Shown here in pieces: positions 38,745-51,736 of a stretch of DNA of 64,000 nt. The DNA lies in contig OZ316896.1 of NCBI GenBank assembly GCA_973895155.1, positions 14,604,684-14,668,683 of the forward strand. The letters are read 5' to 3'. This DNA comes from Marsupella aquatica (lineage: Eukaryota > Plantae > Marchantiophyta). The notes beneath the pieces were generated by a model. That model was not told the DNA's origin and did not search any database. It saw only the letters and a program-made list of their open reading frames with translations. A program made the translations under genes and the position numbers. The first letter of the stretch is position 1. Each line of letters opens with the position of its first letter.

Positions 38745-41700
38745 ATCAATCTCTCAATCAGTTTCTCGATTGGGCCACAACTCTATGCTATGTTTATGAT
38801 TTGATCCGGCTTGTTGCTTGATTTATTTTGCTGGTTTGGTGGACTAAGGAATAGGTGGTGCATGATCCTGCCTCTGGATTCTTGGAGATTCATGTACTTC
38901 AAAATCCTCTAAAGTCGATCACTGTTGTAGCTTTCAGTTTCTCCCACAACCTACTTATAGAACGCTTCAATGTGTGGTGTGGAATGTTTGATAGTGCTCT
39001 CAATCTTTCAGTCCAAGACTCTAAGGCAATTAAACAACCAGCTTTCACAATACTTTGCTTGCCTAGTACCAAATGCAGAGTTGGTTAAGGTTGCCATAAT
39101 TTTGGCAATCGTTTTAATTGCTGGAAATATTCAGCCATTTATCACTTATCTTATATTTTTACTCAATAAAAAGAAATGGTAACTAAAGTGGTTATGTCAA
39201 ATAAAATTCCATTATGTTTTATGGCATGACGCCTAAATTTTACCTAAAACTTGACACAGACACAAAAGAAAAAGTTATTTTAATTTGGAAACAAATTTGT
39301 TCTTATTTGCAGCACACCATGATGACGTGACACACTGTGAAATCTTGAATTTTGCAAGGGACCTCTCATGGGGGTCAGTAAATATGTATGTCATTGCGTT
39401 TAAGATGTTGCTAAATAAAAGATGTCATTAAGTAAAATATACGGTTACTCAAAAAATGTTGTTAAGTAAAATATGTTGTTGCGCAAAAACTGTACTTTAC
39501 TTAAAAGTTATCGTTTGGCAAGAGATGTCAATGCGTAATACATGAAGTTGTGCCAAAGATGTAGTTGAGAAAGATCTCATTGCGTTAAAAAAAATTATCA
39601 AGGGTAAGCTGTCATGACACAAAGAGAGACAACAACCACCACCAAAGTACAACAAAATGAGAATGATTTTTTATTGTTTTTTGAAAAAACTTTAAACCTT
39701 AATACCCTCCCTGGCCCCTGCCCTGCGCCCCCTACCCCCACCCCCTTCTTTTTCACTATTTTTCTTTTCTTGTCTTTGTCTCATTGATTAGATTGTGCAC
39801 TATTAATTTTTATTGATTATGTAATATATTTTGCAACAAACTCCTCTCATGATATAGGACTTCCTATGCATGGATGATATGGTATGGAGCATAGTATGGC
39901 ATGGATGGTAGAGGGAGGAGCACTTTGTATGCATGATTAGCATGGATGGTAGAGAGAGGAGCATGGCGTAACATGGAGGGTAAAGGGGAAGACTTTGTAC
40001 TTTTCTTGCTTGGAGAAGTGTGTTCATACCAAAAATAATTACTTTCTTCTTATTCCTTTCTCTCTTTCAAGTTCCCTTTCTTTCACTCAAAAAGCCTCAC
40101 CAAATTTGAATGACTATCACTTAAAAAAAGTTGCAAACCTTTATTTTCTGATGGCATAATTGTGCGGTATATATGTATGGTACCATCCTTCATATGACCC
40201 TAAGCATTGTGAGCTGTAAATCGGATAACATGGCATTAATTGGTTGGGTCTAAAAGCTCAGAGGTCTACAACTGGCCTTCAAGAGTTACATGATGTACAA
40301 AGAGTTGGATAATGTCTTAATTAGAAGGCATTGTGAGGTATAATGCCCTGAAAATGACAGCTTTGTCTCAAATTTAAGTGGACATCATGGTACACAACTT
40401 ACTTAAAAACTAGGGCGAATTTTTGAAAGTCAACATAGGGATGGATTCCTGAAATTAAGGTCATGGACTTAAGTGCAGAGAAAGACAGTTAAAAGCCAGG
40501 ATTTTGGACTTTGCCCAGCTCCCCAAATTTTGCTTTACGTTTGACAAGGTGAACTTCAGTTTTTTGTTTATAGTAACATCCTGTGTACGGCATTAGGGGC
40601 ATTAACTAGAATTTTGAGGGGCCGTTATTTCCCATAATGCTCGCATGGTAGGAAAAAAACACATTAAAAAAGTAACATATTTTCATAATGAGCGAATCCA
40701 AATCTTGTTTGTGCATGCCTCCATAAAATGCCCTGAAGTATTACAAGACGAAAAATCAGAAAGGGCACTAAAAGTTACATAATGCTTCTCCTCCAAGCAA
40801 TGTCTACATTGCATTATTTAAGAATACCCTAGAAAACACAAACCAGGAAAGTCTATACTTAAAAACCACATTCTGTTCCAAGCACCTGGCCTCCGTTCCA
40901 AGTCCCAAACCCAATTAGTAACAGTTTTGCAGAAAACAGGGTGTTCACATATCTAACCGTGGCCAATATAACATGAGGTACGAAGAACCATTCCCGCTAC
41001 CATTGGTTGAAGTTCTTCACATCTTCATCTGCCCAAAGAGTTTATCGTGCAAGGACGACGAGGGCAGCTTAAACTATACTTAGCATATACCTGGAGAAGT
41101 ACTGCACATGCCATTACAACCTACGACACATGTTGACCTGGAGAAGCGACAGCTTGAATTTCCTATAATCAGGGTCCCAAAAGCAGATACGCCAAAAGAT
41201 TCAACAGAGCTGCCTACTCAGCCTACTCACTAAATCATAGCAGAAATCTATTTGAATAACGAAAATCGGGTACCAGTGTCTTCTAATCTTGCTCACGCTA
41301 AGGTTCACTGGAAATGTATGCCTAGCAGGTAATGACAGAGGCCATCCTGTAACATTGTTCTTGAATGCCCTTTGCCACAATTCTTCCTCTTCGATGCCTG
41401 AAAGCCCTTGTATGTCATCATAGAAAGACAAGACAGGAGAAACTTAATGCTAAAAATTCAACCTACGTTCCTGTACTACAGTACCATGAAATAGTATGGG
41501 TCCACAGGAAAGCCTAGCAAATTGGACTTGGAGAGTCATCTCCAGGAACCGAAATTAAATTACTTCAGTCGCACTTATGCAATTCACTACATTAGTCCCA
41601 GCCTGTAGGAGCGCAACTCGTCAAGGTCAAAGTCATCATATAAAAGCAATATACAAACCACAATGACTCTGATTGCGACAGGCCGTGGATGCATTCTCAT

Positions 41701-42013
41701 TTCAACTCAGCTGATTACTGTCTATACTCAACAACGTCTTTAACAACCTCGCGTAGAACTAACGTCTTATATTAAATAGCTTCGCTTCAACCTGGTCTTT
41801 CTTTCCTACCAAGACCTTCTAAAATCTGCAGACAAACAAGTCCTACATGCCGGCCTCTCCTTCAATGCCGATGGGACTAGCAAAGAAATGCACGGAGGGC
41901 AGAAAATTGACTGACGAGAGGGCTTTCACCTGCTTTGGCGATATAGCAATACGAGGTGATTTCCTAAAGAGCTGTGACATGGCTCCTACCAGTAGTAACA
42001 AGGAACAACGTTA

Positions 42014-44133
42014 TCATCTGGGTCTTCCACCAAATATCTCAGCATCTGTCCAAACGCGATCAGGCTCTACATCAAGAACTTCCTTGGTCTTGAATCCAGC
42101 TGCACTCATCCTATCGATCGTCCACTTCAAACCCTCCTCGTCACCAGCAGCACGATAAGAGTCTGCTAGTAGTTTATAGGTTTCTTCTGTCGGTGCCACA
42201 TCCGTGGCAGCTTCCATCTCTTTGAAAAACTCCTCCATTTTCTCAAATTCTCTCCCTTTCCCGTACTCGTACAACAGCGTGTGGTAGGTACTGTGTTGAT
42301 AAGTCCATCCCAGGGACTTAATCCTTCGTAAGAGTGCGTCTAGAGCTTCAAAATTACGGTGACTACCGTATGCAGTGATCACAGAGTCTAGAGCTCTGGT
42401 TGAAGTAAAGAGTCTCTTCCCATCGAACATCCTTTCCATGATCTGTTCCATCTCCTGAATACGATCACTTTCAGCATAGGCCTGTATGGCGAGGCCGAAG
42501 ACGCGGGAGCTGCACCTCGCGCCTGCAGTATTGCTCGTAATCTTCATGATTCTCTCCATTTTCTCGAACTTCTTATCCAAAGCGTAGACCTCCGTGAGAA
42601 TCTCGGCCATCATCGTGGTGATAGGAAATCCTTCTTCCTGCATATGACTGAAAGCCAACTCCATCTTCTCGATCAGATTTGCTTTGGAATATCCAATAAT
42701 CAAGCCACTGAATGTAATCGGATCAGGCCTGCATCCGCTGCTCTTCAGCTGCTCATACATCTCCTCCATCTTGGTAAAATGTTTGCCTCTCATGTAACCC
42801 CAGATCATAGAGTTGTAAGTGACCCTGTCCGGATAAAAGCCAGATGCCTTGCACAGCTCGAAAATCCTTTCCATGTCTGAGACACTCATTTTACTGAACA
42901 TAGAAATGAGGGTGTTGTAGGTCACCAACGTTGGTTTACAATCTTCCCCATCCTGCATTTCCTGGAAGATATCCAGAGCTCTAGAAGCCTGGTCATTCTT
43001 TGAAAACGCACTAATGAGAGCATTGCACGTGATGGGGGAGCGTTTCACTCCCTTCTCTTCCATATCTTTAAAAAGACTCGTCGCCACATCAAGTTGGTTC
43101 AGCTTTCCAGCGGTAGATATCATTTTTGCATACTCTCTAGGGTCTCCCCCATCAAACTTATTTTTCTTCCAGTTGAAAACCTGCGCATTTCAATTATCCC
43201 CAACTTCAATAAAAGATCCAGCCCAGCTACAATGCGGGCAAGGCTACATTACATTACGCAGGTTGTTGCAGTCAAGAACCTGAACTCGCTAGGGTGCTAT
43301 ATTTCCTGGGTACTACATCCACACCGAGGAGCTTGCACGGAGGGCAAAAGTTCTATGAAGTTCGTCACAAATAAATTTAAACGAGTATGACCTAGATTCA
43401 CGACTGGTTCTCATGCGACTGCGCGATTGATTCTCAAAGTGAACAGCATCTGTATCTATCCAAACAAAATCTCGGTTTCAATACAGAGGGTGATGAATGT
43501 TTGTTAGATTACCAACAAACTCGTGCAGAGCTGCTTGAAAACTTAAGAGGCAAAGAGATGGGGAAGAATTGTGGAGCCTACCTCAAGCGCAAGAGAAGGC
43601 TTCGGTCCCCTGTGCAAGGCTTCGAAAAGCGGTAACCAGGGCCAGCGACTTGACACAGTTAAATCTGGAATCTGCTCCTCCAGGATCTTCTCTACTTCAT
43701 CGTGAGTAGCCGCTGCCTCCAGGAGCTTTAACATATTAGCCACCACAGAATTGTTCCTTGATCGAAAGTACCTGTCATTTCTGACCCTCGGCTGCGGCGT
43801 TTCTGGGAATTGCGCAGCCGGGTAGAAAGGTCCTCTAGCCGGAGATGCTGATACATTGACCTTAACTTCCTTTGCTGAAGAAGAATCGGCGCCATCTGTT
43901 CCAAATAAGAATTTCTCTAGATCCGAAGTAGGAGCCAGAGTATGATCTCGAAGAGGTGGGGAACCAACAGAAACCTCATTGTCTGACGACTTGCTGCCGA
44001 TTTCGGTGACATCTGCGACAGTGGAAAAACGTCCAGTGTGACTGTGACTACCTCCTCGACAGCTGATGCTTTCCCGCTGCTGCCGACCTAACAATCTGCA
44101 CCACGACACCAGCTTACTAGTTCCCCTCACCAT
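42014..44133 (-). CDS. P-class pentatricopeptide repeat protein (~572 aa, 2 exons), likely organellar
   Basis: Exons 44133-43582 and 43180-42014 (GAG|GTAGGC ... CGCAG|GTT) join LALE|VFNWKK. Tandem 35-aa PPR motifs (ITCNALISAFSK, VTYNTLISMFSK, VTYNSMIWGYMR, ITFSGLIIGYSK). Arg/Ser-rich N-terminus resembles a transit peptide; no E/DYW domain. Confidence 0.92.
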
Positions 44134-44845
44134 CCGTGCTAAACTCTATCCCCTGCAGCTGCCGCTTCTGCTTCCAGTCTTCTTCTTACTCTCCCTCGTC
44201 TACTGTCAAAACGCAGGGCAATCCCTCAGACACTACTCAATCGAGCTCAGTCACGTTAAATTCTCCATCCGAATCTTGATCGATCAACACTACCCAAACA
44301 ACCCTCCCTGATGTCCAGACGCACTGAGAAATGCTTAAACACACAGATAATCGACAGCTATCGGCCGAGAATGCTCGTAAATGAATACTACCTATAGAAG
44401 AGTGGGTCGACGACTGATCTTTCCCGGACGAAGAGAGTGGCCGCCGCGACTTCCTACACATTCGCTGTGAAAGAGGGAATCTGCGAGTGAGAGCGATCGA
44501 GTGCAGTGAGCAGTGCAATGCAATGCGATGAACGTTGCAGCTCAAACCCTCGCTCTCAAAATGATAAACCCTGGTCGTTGCTTCCACGACCATCTACCCA
44601 ACCCTGTACAGTACATTCGACAACTTCCTGTACTCTACTGTATTGTTCCGGGGCTGACTCCTCCAAGGCATCTGGGCGATGACCGCGTCTTACACTGTCA
44701 TGATGTATGTAAGATACGGCGCTAACGAGGACCCGGGAAGGCGAGTTTACATCATTGCTATGTAACTATACAGTCCCTTAGTGCACACTCCATATGTAAA
44801 ACCCTGGCTCATTACAAGATAGACCGTTTTCCCTCTTTTGTTCCT

Positions 44846-44880
44846 GACCTGGTTGCACTTATAAAAAGTGCAACCAGGTC
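44846..44880. other. Perfect 15-bp-stem inverted repeat
   Basis: GACCTGGTTGCACTT-ATAAA-AAGTGCAACCAGGTC. Confidence 0.9.
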
Positions 44881-45799
44881 TCCACTAACCAGCAATTTAT
44901 AAAAGCAAACTCCTCTATACGTTTATCTCATTTCTATATGTCTGATTTGGTGGATGGCATTCTGCAAGTTGTTTGTGGTTAACTCGCACAAGTTACTCCT
45001 CCACAAGCTACTCTACTTGTGTGTATAGAACGCAGCATAGCTAACCTAATCAAGTCTTTAATTATGGTTAGCCTAACCACAATTACAATAATTATTCTAG
45101 ACCTAAAAATAAATGTCTAACAAAAGTAGGGGTCCTGGGTCACTTCTGGCACCCCTCTTTTTGGTTGGTGGCCAAAAACAGAGGACCATAATAGATAGTG
45201 TCCGTTGGCAGGTTATTTTTCATTGAATTTTCAATGCTGACTATGTATGGCGTTGTTAGCACTTGTGTGGCATACACAACAGCTAGGAGGACACTCCCTT
45301 GCCTCAACTATTTCCTTGCATCAACCCCACTTCTTTTTAGTGACCACTTCCCCACCTCAACCCCACTTAGTTGCCTTGATGACACAAAAGATGCCTCAAC
45401 AGCACTTTATTGCATCACAACTTCTTTGCTCCACCACACTTTATTGCCTCAACACTTGAGTAGGGCTTTAGTTCTTTTGTCTGTCCTCTGAGTACTGTAG
45501 ATTTGGCTTTCAAGCAATTTGGCTTTCAAGCAATTTGGCTTTCCTAGCTTCATCCATTGGTTTCCTCCCTCTTATTGTCTTTTTGGCCTTTGATATCCGG
45601 CCTTTGCAATGATATATAAATATATTTCTTTGTCACCATCGTTGTCTCTCCTCTATATCTTCTACTCATTTGTATTGAAAGTATGCACTCGTATTGAACT
45701 ATTGTAGTTTCACAAGCGCTCTGGGCGTTTCAGTCTCTACTGTTATTGTCACTGGTGCGGTGAGCTCCCATGATTCTCCATCTCGATCTTCTTTGCAGG

Positions 45800-47005
45800 A
45801 TGGAATCCATGGTGGCCATGGCTTTCGACCGGCTGCCCCGAAGACGACGACGATGAAGAGGAATTTTTAGCCATTACTGACGGGAGTAGCGAAGAGCATC
45901 AGCAGCACGCCATGGAGGACAGAATCGTCATTTCGTGGGAGAATGAAAGTAAGGAGATTAGGGTGCAGGCATCTTCGTCAGATTGAGACGTCCGGTGAGT
46001 AGATTCAGTTGAAGACGGAGAATGTGCCCGGCTGGGTTGAGCGTCCGCCATGGGCTAAGAGCGAGCGCCCAGCCTCCCGGAGCGATATCCCATTCCCTGT
46101 CTACCTCATTGGCTCCACTCTTGTGGCTATTGCGGCGGTACATTCGCTTCTTCATTTTTGCATCTACTTACTACCCGACGCTGCTGATTAGTGGAGTCAA
46201 CTTTCATGGCTCTGGTTCCTCTTACTGAGATTTTCTCCTCTCCCTCAACAGTCTGGTGCGAGTGTTGACAGTACCAGTTTTGGCCCTTGACTTCTCATGG
46301 GTATTTCCGTGGAATTTAAATTAATATGAATCAATCAATCTCTCTGAATGCACGTCGACAGCGTTTAATAAAGGAAGGTTGGAGGGTGCTTAGTTACTAT
46401 AAATTCTTGTCCAAACTTCTTTCGTACTGTCAAGCTACTTTTGGACGGGTTGCAAAATCTGGTGAAGTAGCACATTCTTTTGAGAAAAAGGATGGCAACT
46501 GATGGCGCGTTTCGGTCACAGGGTTTAGCAATCATTGTGCAGTGGTTGGAATTCCAAAGGTGGAACTTTTGCCTTCTCTTGCGTTTTAGTTGGAAATGTA
46601 TGCCCATAAATGTGTGCTTTGATTTGTGTAGGTGGGTTCAGTATTTAAACACTTCAACAAGAATCCAATTTTCGGAGTTATATACCCTGACAGTCCGTTC
46701 TACACCCCGATTCTAGGTTTCTTCGCCATCACCGGCCTGCCGACGGCGGTATGTTTCCTCTGGTAGCAATTTTGCTTCTCAGTAAGGCATTTTCGGAATG
46801 TTGCTATGGCCGTCTTTCAGTAGATCAAGTTCAACAGCTCTACAGACAAGTGTTTCATGTATAAGACATTTCCTGGCCTTCATAGTGTCCTGAATCTGAA
46901 GATATTGCTCACGTGTTTCTGTAGGGATTCTTGCTTTACAAATGCATACAATTAGCAAACAAGGCATCCGAAGAAGCAGACAAGGAGGATGGCTTTCCTC
47001 GGTGA
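45800..47005 (+). pseudogene. Small thylakoid-type two-TM protein gene (At3g51510-like) with a disrupted 5' exon
   Basis: Exons ...46137, 46632-46748 and 46925-47005 encode DIPFPVYLIGSTLVAIAA|VGSVFKHFNKNPIFGVIYPDSPFYTPILGFFAITGLPTA|GFLLYKCIQLANKASEEADKEDGFPR*. Upstream, in-frame TAG codons lie at 45868 and 46000 and the ATG at 45800 is in another frame. Homologue assigned from memory. Confidence 0.6.
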
Positions 47006-49608
47006 AGAGCAGCTCGCTAATGTATGAACGCTGTCTTTTGAAGGCAAAATTGTCCGAAGTGGTACGAGGTGATCGCTATCCAAGATATTTAGGAAAGTCG
47101 CTACAGGTTCCTAATCTGCAAAATTGTAGACTAGGATCCAGATTGATGACTATACATGACATTGGAAGTACGGATGGAACTGTCGCTCGGCTCTTTTGAG
47201 GTGTACTGTATATTCCTTTGTAAATTCTCTATTTTTATCACTAGCCAGCGGTTTCTTGCTTCACAGGCGTGGTCTGCTCATTGCAGCTGTATATGGAAAT
47301 TACGCACAAAAGCGTTAGTTGACCCTGTTCTGGAGAACTGTCATGTGTGGATCAGGATGGATTCATGAATGCTGAGTGTATAATAAACAGCGAAGTAGTG
47401 GTCTGCTCCACAGGGAGCCAATTCTGAAGATACAGAGTGTTGTCAAGCCTTTGTGCTTAATGAGCATTTCACCGCTCTTTGATGGCCCCTGTAATGTATT
47501 GCCACAAAGCTTGGACTCGAGAGCGATAACGTGTCAATTCGAAGAAGTTTGAAAGTGGTTATTTGATGTCTCAACAGTACTAGTAGAAAGAGCTCTGTTT
47601 CTACTTACGTGACGACCCAACTTGAATGGATGACTAGCGACCTTCATTCTGGACAAAGTAAAACACTCCTTGGATTGTGCCATTGATTGACCGACAACAG
47701 TCACATCAGAGTATTGAGACGTTATCTGATTTGGTTTCTGTTGCCCTAAACGCCAGGAAAACTTGTAGTCAACTACTCTACAGTTTGTAATCAAGGTCTA
47801 GCTTCATCACATACTTGAGGCTGTAATCAAGGTCTAGCTCCATCACATACTTGAGGCTGGAATTTATCTGGTATTTTTTTTTTTGCCAGGAAGAGCTGGT
47901 AGCCAACTACGCTACAATTTGTGATCAGCGTACAACTTCCATGACCTACTTGAAGCTGGAATTTATCTGGTAATAGCTTTTGTGGAATTTATCTGGACTA
48001 TGCTTTGTGTATAGGGGGGACACAAATGGAAGTCTTGGTTACAATTTTATTTATTTGTAGACTAAAGCTCATGAATCGGGACAAGCATTGAAGTCTAAGT
48101 TGTTGGTTTTAGACATGTAGACTATGAAATGGGACAAGCATGACGAGTCTGGGTACACGGTGCCCTTCCTGTAAATGCTGTTCTGCATCTAGGCCAATTA
48201 ACCAAACCAAAAGAGTCCACCAGGAGGCAGTTGCAGCATTTTTGGGGTGCAAGCTAGTTTATAATTCCTGTGCAATATGTGGGCTAGAGTGTATTGTTTT
48301 GCATCTAGGCCTGGCAAACAATTAACCAAGGGAAGAATGTCCACCAGAAGGCGGTTGCAGCATAGTTGGGTCCAAGATAGTTTACCAGTACTGTCCATGA
48401 CTGGATAAGATCTAGGCATTCGATAGAAACAGGGATACCACAATTGCTACATAGTCTGTTACGAAGCACATGGAGAGGTTAGTATGGTCAAAGAGCCTCC
48501 CAAGAATAAGAGACGAAGATTCTACGAGAGGGAAGGTATCCTTATTGCAACTGTCAAAACTCGAAGTGGGAAGTTCGGAAGGTGGCATATAGTAAGGCTA
48601 TTCGGAGAGTTATCTTCAAACTGGTTCTCCAGAAGTAGCACTCTCTGTTTTAGCTCTTTCAAATATCGAGGGCTTGGAAGAAACCTTATTTTAGGAAGGG
48701 ATTCATCTCCATTATTAGAATTGCAACCACCTGAGAGTTCACTTAAGGCTGCATTTGTATCTGTCTCTTCGCCGCAAGTTCTGAGAAATTACCTCAATGT
48801 CGTAGCCCACTCCGCTTCAAGTTGTCTGTAAAGTAGTATTTGGACAAAGCGACCTACTCATACAAGGCCTCTCGAAACAAGGCTCCTTTCCTATTACAGG
48901 GGTCGCACAGATCGGCCTCAAATGACCTGGTTAAGACGAGTTGGATTTTGAGTGCCCTCGATGAACAATTGGACAAGTGGATGGGACAAATTCGAAGCAG
49001 ACTATGCGGGAGCTGTGCCAGTGCGCTCACTATACCTCAAAACATCCATCACAGCTGCACAAGTCTTTCACTGGGACGGATATTGTCAGACCGATAACAA
49101 CTCAGTCAAGTACAGAGCAAATTAAGCCGGTGATGAATGTTGTGAGGGAGCCCAACTTACTTCACTCTTTGAAGGTAACCCTGGGATTAACTTTAACCAC
49201 CGGGGGATTAAGAATGTACTTCATAGAATCGTATCTACAATAATGGTTAAGCCTGGGCATAGAATCATCAGAAATTCCCTGCTCTATTATGTAGGCCTGA
49301 CTGGCGAGGCCTGCAAGTCTACGAAGACAAGAATAACTTTGACGAGACATCATAAGTGAAGCGCCGATTTTGGTGAGGCTGGTCAATTCATAGATCTACT
49401 CTCCTGGGAACATCATCTTAAACTAATTCCTGGGTCGTCTACGAAATCTTTCAAGTTCAAGCTATCTGTAAAGTGTCAACAACGTGAAGGGACAACAGGA
49501 AACGGTCATGGGAAGCATTTCAAAAGAAGGTCATGCCAGAAAGCTTCCTGAAACTTCTTAATCCAAAACAGTGAGCTTCTTCATAAAGATAGAACAACAA
49601 GAGTAAGC

Positions 49609-51237
49609 TCAAGATTGCTGCTCGTAGATTTGCATGTAAGCTTCAGACAAGGCTACCATCTGAGGTAAAGTATCCGCCACATGCAAGTCTTGCATTTCAT
49701 ACCATTGTTCTTCTGATTTCCGCTGAACGAAAACCCGGTAAGAGCCCTCCCCGGGTTTACCATCGTGCACAAGGTTAGCAATCAAATCATATTTTGAGAG
49801 CAGTCTGTCAGACTCACGTTCGACCTTTAAAGGGATGTAATCCTTCAACTCCAAGTTTTTAACCGGAAAATTAACGAGGGTAGGGTTCTTTTCAACGAAG
49901 AAATTATTTTTCGTAAAGCGTAGCATATGGAGTATCAAATATTTGGGAAGCCTTCTAACGTGGTACCTCATACGTGCCAGCTGGGGTCTCACAACTTCTG
50001 TGATTGTTTCTCCATCGAACTTCTTCAGAATGTTGAACAGCGGAACCTGCGGAATAATGTTCTTCTCCATGACATCTTTGAACAGGGGTGGTGGGGGAAG
50101 GTCCAGACCGAGCATAAGGAAGGGCATCTGGCTCACCTCTCGTTCAACACCCGCAGAAGATGCATTTTCTTCCTCAGCAGACGACATTCGCTGCTCATCG
50201 GACTCAAGAACCCTTTTCTTGGGTAATTCCTTCACAACTTCCAATTCGCCCTGAAAACACTGGTATATGACGCTGCTGTTACTTCTCTTCGTCCCACCGA
50301 GATCCGTGTGAAGTGTATTTAGAAGCCACATCGTAAATGTGACTGGATCCGATTGCTCCCCTATCCGAAATCTCTTCTTGCTTGCCACCATGACGGCTTG
50401 CAAGAATTCATGCGGACTCACCTGGCCTTTAAAATTTCTCGGATGCCAAATCTTTCTTGTGAGCTCTCCAAATCGCTGCACGAGGGGAGACTTGCAATGC
50501 TTGTAGTTCTCTGGTATGAGGAAAAAATCTCGGAGAGGAGTCACCCGCATCAGAGATTGGATTGTGGCATTGACGAAATCATTCTTTTTAATGTTATTCA
50601 GGCCCACCATACCAGGGAGGTAGTCAGTACCGTCTAAAGCTCGAGCCCATTGTTTGCTTTTGTCCAGCTGAACAACCTGCGCTTTAGTAAACCTCGGGTT
50701 CAGAACGTAGCGAATGTCATCCAGAGATGGATCATTCACTTCGTACCCGTCCGGAAGACAGTAGACCTTCTCCGTGTGCAGGTTGATAAAGACATGATGG
50801 CTAGCTTCGAGGCTGTGAGTATACGCATGAGATTTCCGTCCTCTTCCTTGAAAATATTTGCCGCACACTAAACATGCGTAAACATTTAGGTTTGAAAGGG
50901 ACACTGAACAGAACTTCTCGAAATCGAAGTCTAGCACCTGCCGGTTGACAGTGTCCAAATAGGGACAATCCCTCCGAACTTCCGTGTCTCGACGTCGAAC
51001 GCCAGGGGCCTTCTCCTCTTCTAAATCCTCCTCGCTATCGTCCCGTTGGTGCTCCTCCTCCTCCTCCTCCTCTTCTCCGTCTCCATACTCGAAATGCGGC
51101 AGCAGTCCTGTGTTCGAAAGCTCCTCTCCTGCTCGCTGCTTCTTGGTGATTGCTACCGCATCATCGTTTTTGAGCCTCTCGCCACCCTGATCTTCCACAT
51201 TCTCCCTCCCTCTCTTCATTTCCGTAACGGAGACCAT
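49609..51237 (-). CDS. USP39: U4/U6.U5 tri-snRNP-associated protein 2 (USP39/SAD1, catalytically inactive USP), intronless CDS
   Basis: Single ORF; start ATG 51237 or 51219. ZnF-UBP region CPYLDTVNRQVLDFDFEKFCSVSLSNLNVYACLVCGKYFQGRG; GLNNIKKNDFVN (Asp in place of the catalytic Cys); RFTKNNFFVEKNPTLVNFP; LPQMVALSEAYMQIYE. Confidence 0.96.
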   Translation of the reverse strand: MVSVTEMKRGRENVEDQGGERLKNDDAVAITKKQRAGEELSNTGLLPHFEYGDGEEEEEEEEHQRDDSEEDLEEEKAPGVRRRDTEVRRDCPYLDTVNRQVLDFDFEKFCSVSLSNLNVYACLVCGKYFQGRGRKSHAYTHSLEASHHVFINLHTEKVYCLPDGYEVNDPSLDDIRYVLNPRFTKAQVVQLDKSKQWARALDGTDYLPGMVGLNNIKKNDFVNATIQSLMRVTPLRDFFLIPENYKHCKSPLVQRFGELTRKIWHPRNFKGQVSPHEFLQAVMVASKKRFRIGEQSDPVTFTMWLLNTLHTDLGGTKRSNSSVIYQCFQGELEVVKELPKKRVLESDEQRMSSAEEENASSAGVEREVSQMPFLMLGLDLPPPPLFKDVMEKNIIPQVPLFNILKKFDGETITEVVRPQLARMRYHVRRLPKYLILHMLRFTKNNFFVEKNPTLVNFPVKNLELKDYIPLKVERESDRLLSKYDLIANLVHDGKPGEGSYRVFVQRKSEEQWYEMQDLHVADTLPQMVALSEAYMQIYEQQS

Positions 51238-51736
51238 CGAGTACACAAGTTCGTGACTGTTACCACTACCCTTCTCCCACTCCCAGTACGGTCCCAATTT
51301 CTGCCAACTACTTATCTCCAGGCATTCAGGCTAAAGACCGCCTGCATCCTTGCTTCAACACTAACTCCAACTTTTCACTCCTGTCCAGAATCAATCCATT
51401 CATTACTTGATTACCCGCAAAGGATTTATACCATCTCTCACAATCAGACTCCAAAATGCGACGTACTGCCGATTGTGATCAGAAACCCTGAACCCTAATG
51501 ACATCCGTCAGCAAAGCATATACCAGACCATTTTTCCTTCACAACTACAGCAATAATGCCTCGACCATTCCTGCCCTCTTCCTCCTCTACAGTTCACTTC
51601 CTCTGCTGCCTCATCGTCGTCTCTCGTCAATTCCCTGCTCATCGACGACAAGTCCCAAAACCTCTCCACTGCCTCCGGTGTCCCGGCAACGAACGGAATG
51701 TCAGTGCCGTGAATTTTACACAATACACCGACGAAC

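Noticed and set aside
51238-51297. N-terminal extension of USP39 from the ORF track (MGPYWEWE...)
   Set aside because: Starts at TTG just after a splice acceptor; more likely 5' UTR.
49927-51498. Plus-strand ORFs overlapping USP39 (and similar antisense ORFs over NEDD1, AP2A, KAB1 and the PPR gene)
   Set aside because: Antisense shadows of real coding sequence.
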